From the human T2T-CHM13v2.0 reference genome, Homo sapiens: DNA of 64,000 nt. Numbering within the stretch: the first letter of the stretch is position 1; the number at the start of each line of letters is the position of its first letter. Below are positions 59,700 to 64,000 of this stretch, piece by piece. Both the position numbers and the translations under genes were made by a program. The notes under the pieces were generated by a model. It was not told where the DNA came from and searched no databases. It saw only the letters and a list, made by a program, of their open reading frames with translations. Location of the stretch: contig CP086569.2 in the NCBI GenBank assembly GCA_009914755.4, positions 18,336,001 to 18,400,000 of the forward strand, read 5' to 3'.

Positions 59700-60850
59700 A
59701 ACACACCAGGAAAGCGAAGAGACAAGCCACAAAATGGGAAAAAAAATTGAAAACTATCCATCTGACAAAGGATTAATAACCACAATATATAAGGAGCTCA
59801 AACAACTCTACAAGAAAAAATCCAATAACCTGGTCAAAAATGGCAAAAAAGACTTCAATATATATTCCTCCAAAGAAGACATACAAATGGCAAATAGGCA
59901 TATGAATAGGTGCTCAACATCATTGATAGAGAAAGGCAAATAGAAACTGCAGTGCAATATCATCTCACTGGAGTTAAAATGGCTTATATTCAAAATACAG
60001 GAAATAACAAATGCTAGGGAGAATTTAGAGAAAAGGGAACCCTCATATATTGCTAGGGGGAATGTAAATTAGTATAATCACTATAAAGAACATCACTAAT
60101 GTTTTTTATAGTTTTGAGGTTTTTTTATGTTTTGATGTTCCTCAAAAATCTAAAAATTGAGCTACCACATTATCTAGCAATCCTACTGTTGGGTATATAC
60201 CCAAAAGAAAGGAAATCAGTATGTTGAGATATCTGTACTCCTGTGTTTGTTGCAGCACTATTTATAATAGCTAAGATTTGGAAGTAACCTGAGTGTCCAT
60301 CAAGAATGGATTAAAAAATGTGGTAGATATACACAATGGAGTACCATTCAGCCTTAAAAAAGAATGAGAACCAGTCATCTGCAAGACCATGGATGGAACT
60401 GGGAATCATTATGTTAAGTGAAATAGCCAGGCACAGAAAGACAAACATCATATATCCTCACTTATTTGTGGGATCTCAAAATCAACCCACTTGAACTCAT
60501 GAACATAGAGCATAGAAGGATGATTACCAGAGGCTGGGAAGGATATTGGGGAGATAGGGTGAGGTGGGCATTGTTCATGGGTACAAAAAATAATTAGAAT
60601 GAACGACAGTTGCTATTTGATAGCACAATAGGGCGACTATAGTCAATAATAATGTAATTGTACATTTTAAAATAACTTAAAGAGTGTAATTAGATTGTTC
60701 ACAACTCAAAAATAAATGTTTGAGGGGATGGATGTCCCATTCTTTGTGATGTGATTGTTTAACTTTGTATGTCTGTGTCAAATCATCTCGTGTATGTTAT
60801 AAATATATACACTTATGTACCTACGAAAATTAAAAATTAAAAAATTATAA
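59700..60850 (+). mobile_element. L1PB/L1MA-like 3' fragment (ORF2 C-terminus + long 3' UTR)
   Basis: ORF 59734..59943 (...[10 protein letters not shown]...[41 protein letters not shown]...), ...acaatggagtaccattcagccttaaaaaagaatgagaaccagtcatctgcaagaccatggatggaactgggaatcattatgttaagtgaaatagccaggcacagaaagacaaacatcatatatcctcacttatttgtgggatctcaaaatcaa..., ...gggcgactatagtcaataataatgtaattgtacattttaaaataacttaaagagtgtaattagattgttcacaactcaaaaataaatgtttgaggggatggatgtcccattctttgtgatgtgattgtttaactttgtatgtctgtgtcaaatcatctcgtgtatgttataaatatatacacttatgtacctacgaaaattaaaaattaaaaaatt. Confidence 0.7.
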
Positions 60851-62183
60851 GACACTTGACTCAATTTGAATTTTGTGTAAGTAAGGTAATTATTTGTATA
60901 AATATCTTCCAATACTTGCTTAAACATATTACATACAAATATGCAAATATTGCGTAGCCATACTAAAAAGTTATTCATTGCTTATCCCAGTTTTAAACTT
61001 TACTGTTGTTTCTTATATTTTCTTTCAGTGAATCTGAAACATCCATTATAGAAGTATCATGGGATTTATGGTAACATTGTACAGACATGGGGAAAAAAGA
61101 ATGAAAGAAAAATCCTTAGAGGTCATATGGGTTGGTAAGAGTATAAAAGAAAACTGAGTCCCATATGATACATTAAAAACAGAAATCAGGATGTACATCT
61201 CAGCTCTCACCAGGAGATGTGGCAACCAGATTGTCCTTGGGCTGAGGGGGACGTCGCTGAGCACTCTCAGAGACAGACAATGCAAATCAAGTTCATTCTC
61301 ACTGTGCTTGCTTACCCTTCAAAATTGTGTTAAGTCCCTAAGTATATATATAATCATGAGTAGTTGTGGGAAAAACAACACCATTAAATGTACCAGAACA
61401 AAAGACTGCTCACAAATACTGCAGATGTTTAGATCAGATGTCTGAAGCAAAGAAAGGGAGTATAATAAAAAATAATTTAAAGAAAATGGAGCTCAATAAA
61501 TCTGTTTCTTCATCGTTATGATAATGTCAAATCTGTTGAAATTTTTTTAAAATGACATGATTTGTCTACAGATCTTTGTGCTCTGGCTTAAATTAAATGT
61601 ATATACAACTTATATAATAAAATACTGAGGTGTTTCATTATTATATTGATAATTTCTTGTTCACAATCATTTTGGTGATATTCAATAAACAGCACTGTGA
61701 GACCTATGGCTGGATATCAACAACATAAAGTGATTATGACAGTTTCATGGGACAGATGAAGGAAGGTTGGTTTGTGCAGTGGCAATACTTGGCAACCTGA
61801 GAAACTGATTTCACAATTTTAGAAAAGTATTATTCTTTCTAACTAGATATTTCCATGAAAAGAACCTTGTGAAATGCAGAAATGCCAAAAGAATAATTGT
61901 AATAACCAAAGAACTAAAATACGTCTAAATTTCTCTGACAATTTAATTTAATGCAGGATGAAGCCAGAATAACATTGTTTACTAACATAGATATTCATGA
62001 TCTCAATACATTTAATTCTTAGCTCGTTGAGGAAAAAAGTAGTAGAGCTGCTATTGCAGAGACAAAAGACAGAAAACAGGGGAGGGGCTTGATCACAATT
62101 CATGTTACAATTTTTGGAAACTTCTAAAAATCCTGCCTGGTGATAGGTTTTTCTTATCTCATTATTTAAGAATATATGAGCAG

Positions 62184-62634
<451 letters not shown>

Positions 62635-62700
62635 TTATTATGTAAGTTGTTCATAAATTTAATATAAATGATGTAGATCTACAGTAATGGAGATGTGTAG

Positions 62701-63037
<337 letters not shown>

Positions 63038-64000
63038 ACGTTTCTTTTTTAAAGTGTGCAAGCTCTTTGACCAACATGTCCCTGTGCATCACTGTAATAA
63101 GATACCCAGAGCAACTGTTTCTACCGTGGATTTGGGAGGAGATTAAGACACATCCTTTCTACTTTGGATGCTCTTATCAGGATCAGGGGAGGTCCCTGCA
63201 CTCTGATTTTCTCTCTCTTAAATGTGCAAAGTACAGAGATTTTTATCATGAATAATTTTAATAGAAATTAAAAATTCCATCATATTCAGGGACATGCAGG
63301 TTTTGTATTCATCATGTTTCTTCTTGATATTTTTAGGCCCTGGCCAGCTGCAAATGAATAATCTCTACCATCATCATTGTTTTCCTTTGTGTTTTAATCT
63401 TTCCTGATTCCATTCTCTCTACCTTTTATTTTGAAGAAGAAGACACCAAAAAATCCTGTCACTACCAAATGCAAAAAAAAAAAAAAAAAACAAAAACAAA
63501 TTACAAATAGTAACATTTACAAGTCACATTTGTGAATATATGTTTTAATTAGAAAACTGCAATTCTAAACTTTCAGAGGAAATGGTAGTAATATAAAACA
63601 GAGGACATTTTTGTAATAAGGAACTCATATTCTTAATATTTTACAAATTATTATTCTCTCATCACCAAATAGTGTTACCTAAAGTAATATATAACCAATT
63701 TAATAAGTTTAGTTTTAAAAAACACAAAATTATAAAACAATTAATACAATATTTGAAATCGTGATGCATATTGCCAGCCTTCTGGTAAAGTTCTATTAAC
63801 TCTACAAAAAATTTATAAATGGCAGACGATACATTTCCAGATAGTTTTGTGGCAATCAAAAAAGAATTGATTTATTAGCAATTTTTATATCACTTTGTGA
63901 AAAAATATTATTTGTGATAAGTATCATTATTTTTATTTATTTAAAACAGCTCATGTATTAAGAAATCATACTTTAGATGGGGCCAAGCTGGTCGATTAGA

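Overview
This window is human (primate) nuclear genomic DNA, not microbial. It is an AT-rich, gene-poor accessory region dominated by interspersed repeats, so operon, CRISPR and defence-island framings do not apply. No protein-coding exon can be supported from the sequence alone. Every six-frame ORF longer than ~100 aa is either a decayed transposon or retroviral ORF, or a stop-free reading through a simple repeat.

Recognisable content (1-based, + strand coordinates):
- At least 13 Alu elements on both strands. One is a near-consensus young AluY flanked by a perfect 18-bp target-site duplication. Another is a 5'-truncated Alu nested inside an L1.
- At least 15 LINE-1 pieces. One is a full-length but ORF-dead L1PA on the minus strand (~10230-16390). 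One is a ~4 kb L1PA copy with a textbook twin-priming 5' inversion and a 16-bp target-site duplication, nested inside the 3' end of an older L1 (17291-21350).
- An ~8.6 kb defective gammaretrovirus-like endogenous retrovirus on the minus strand (~47690-56335) with recognisable gag-pro-pol-envTM. Its primer-binding site is complementary to tRNA-Ile, which points to a HERV-I-type element.
- A ~3.2 kb highly degenerate (TTAGGG)n telomere-like array (36950-40110), G-strand on +.
- An ~0.9 kb minisatellite built from an 18-20-bp AT-rich motif and organised as two ~318-bp higher-order repeat copies (30735-31615).
- Several microsatellites: (TCTA)n, (TA)n, (CT)n, (GT)n(TA)n, (AAACT)n, (ATT)n and (AAT)n.

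All family assignments come from sequence I recognise by eye. No database search or alignment score was run. The ERV LTR boundaries and the older L1M calls are the least certain items.
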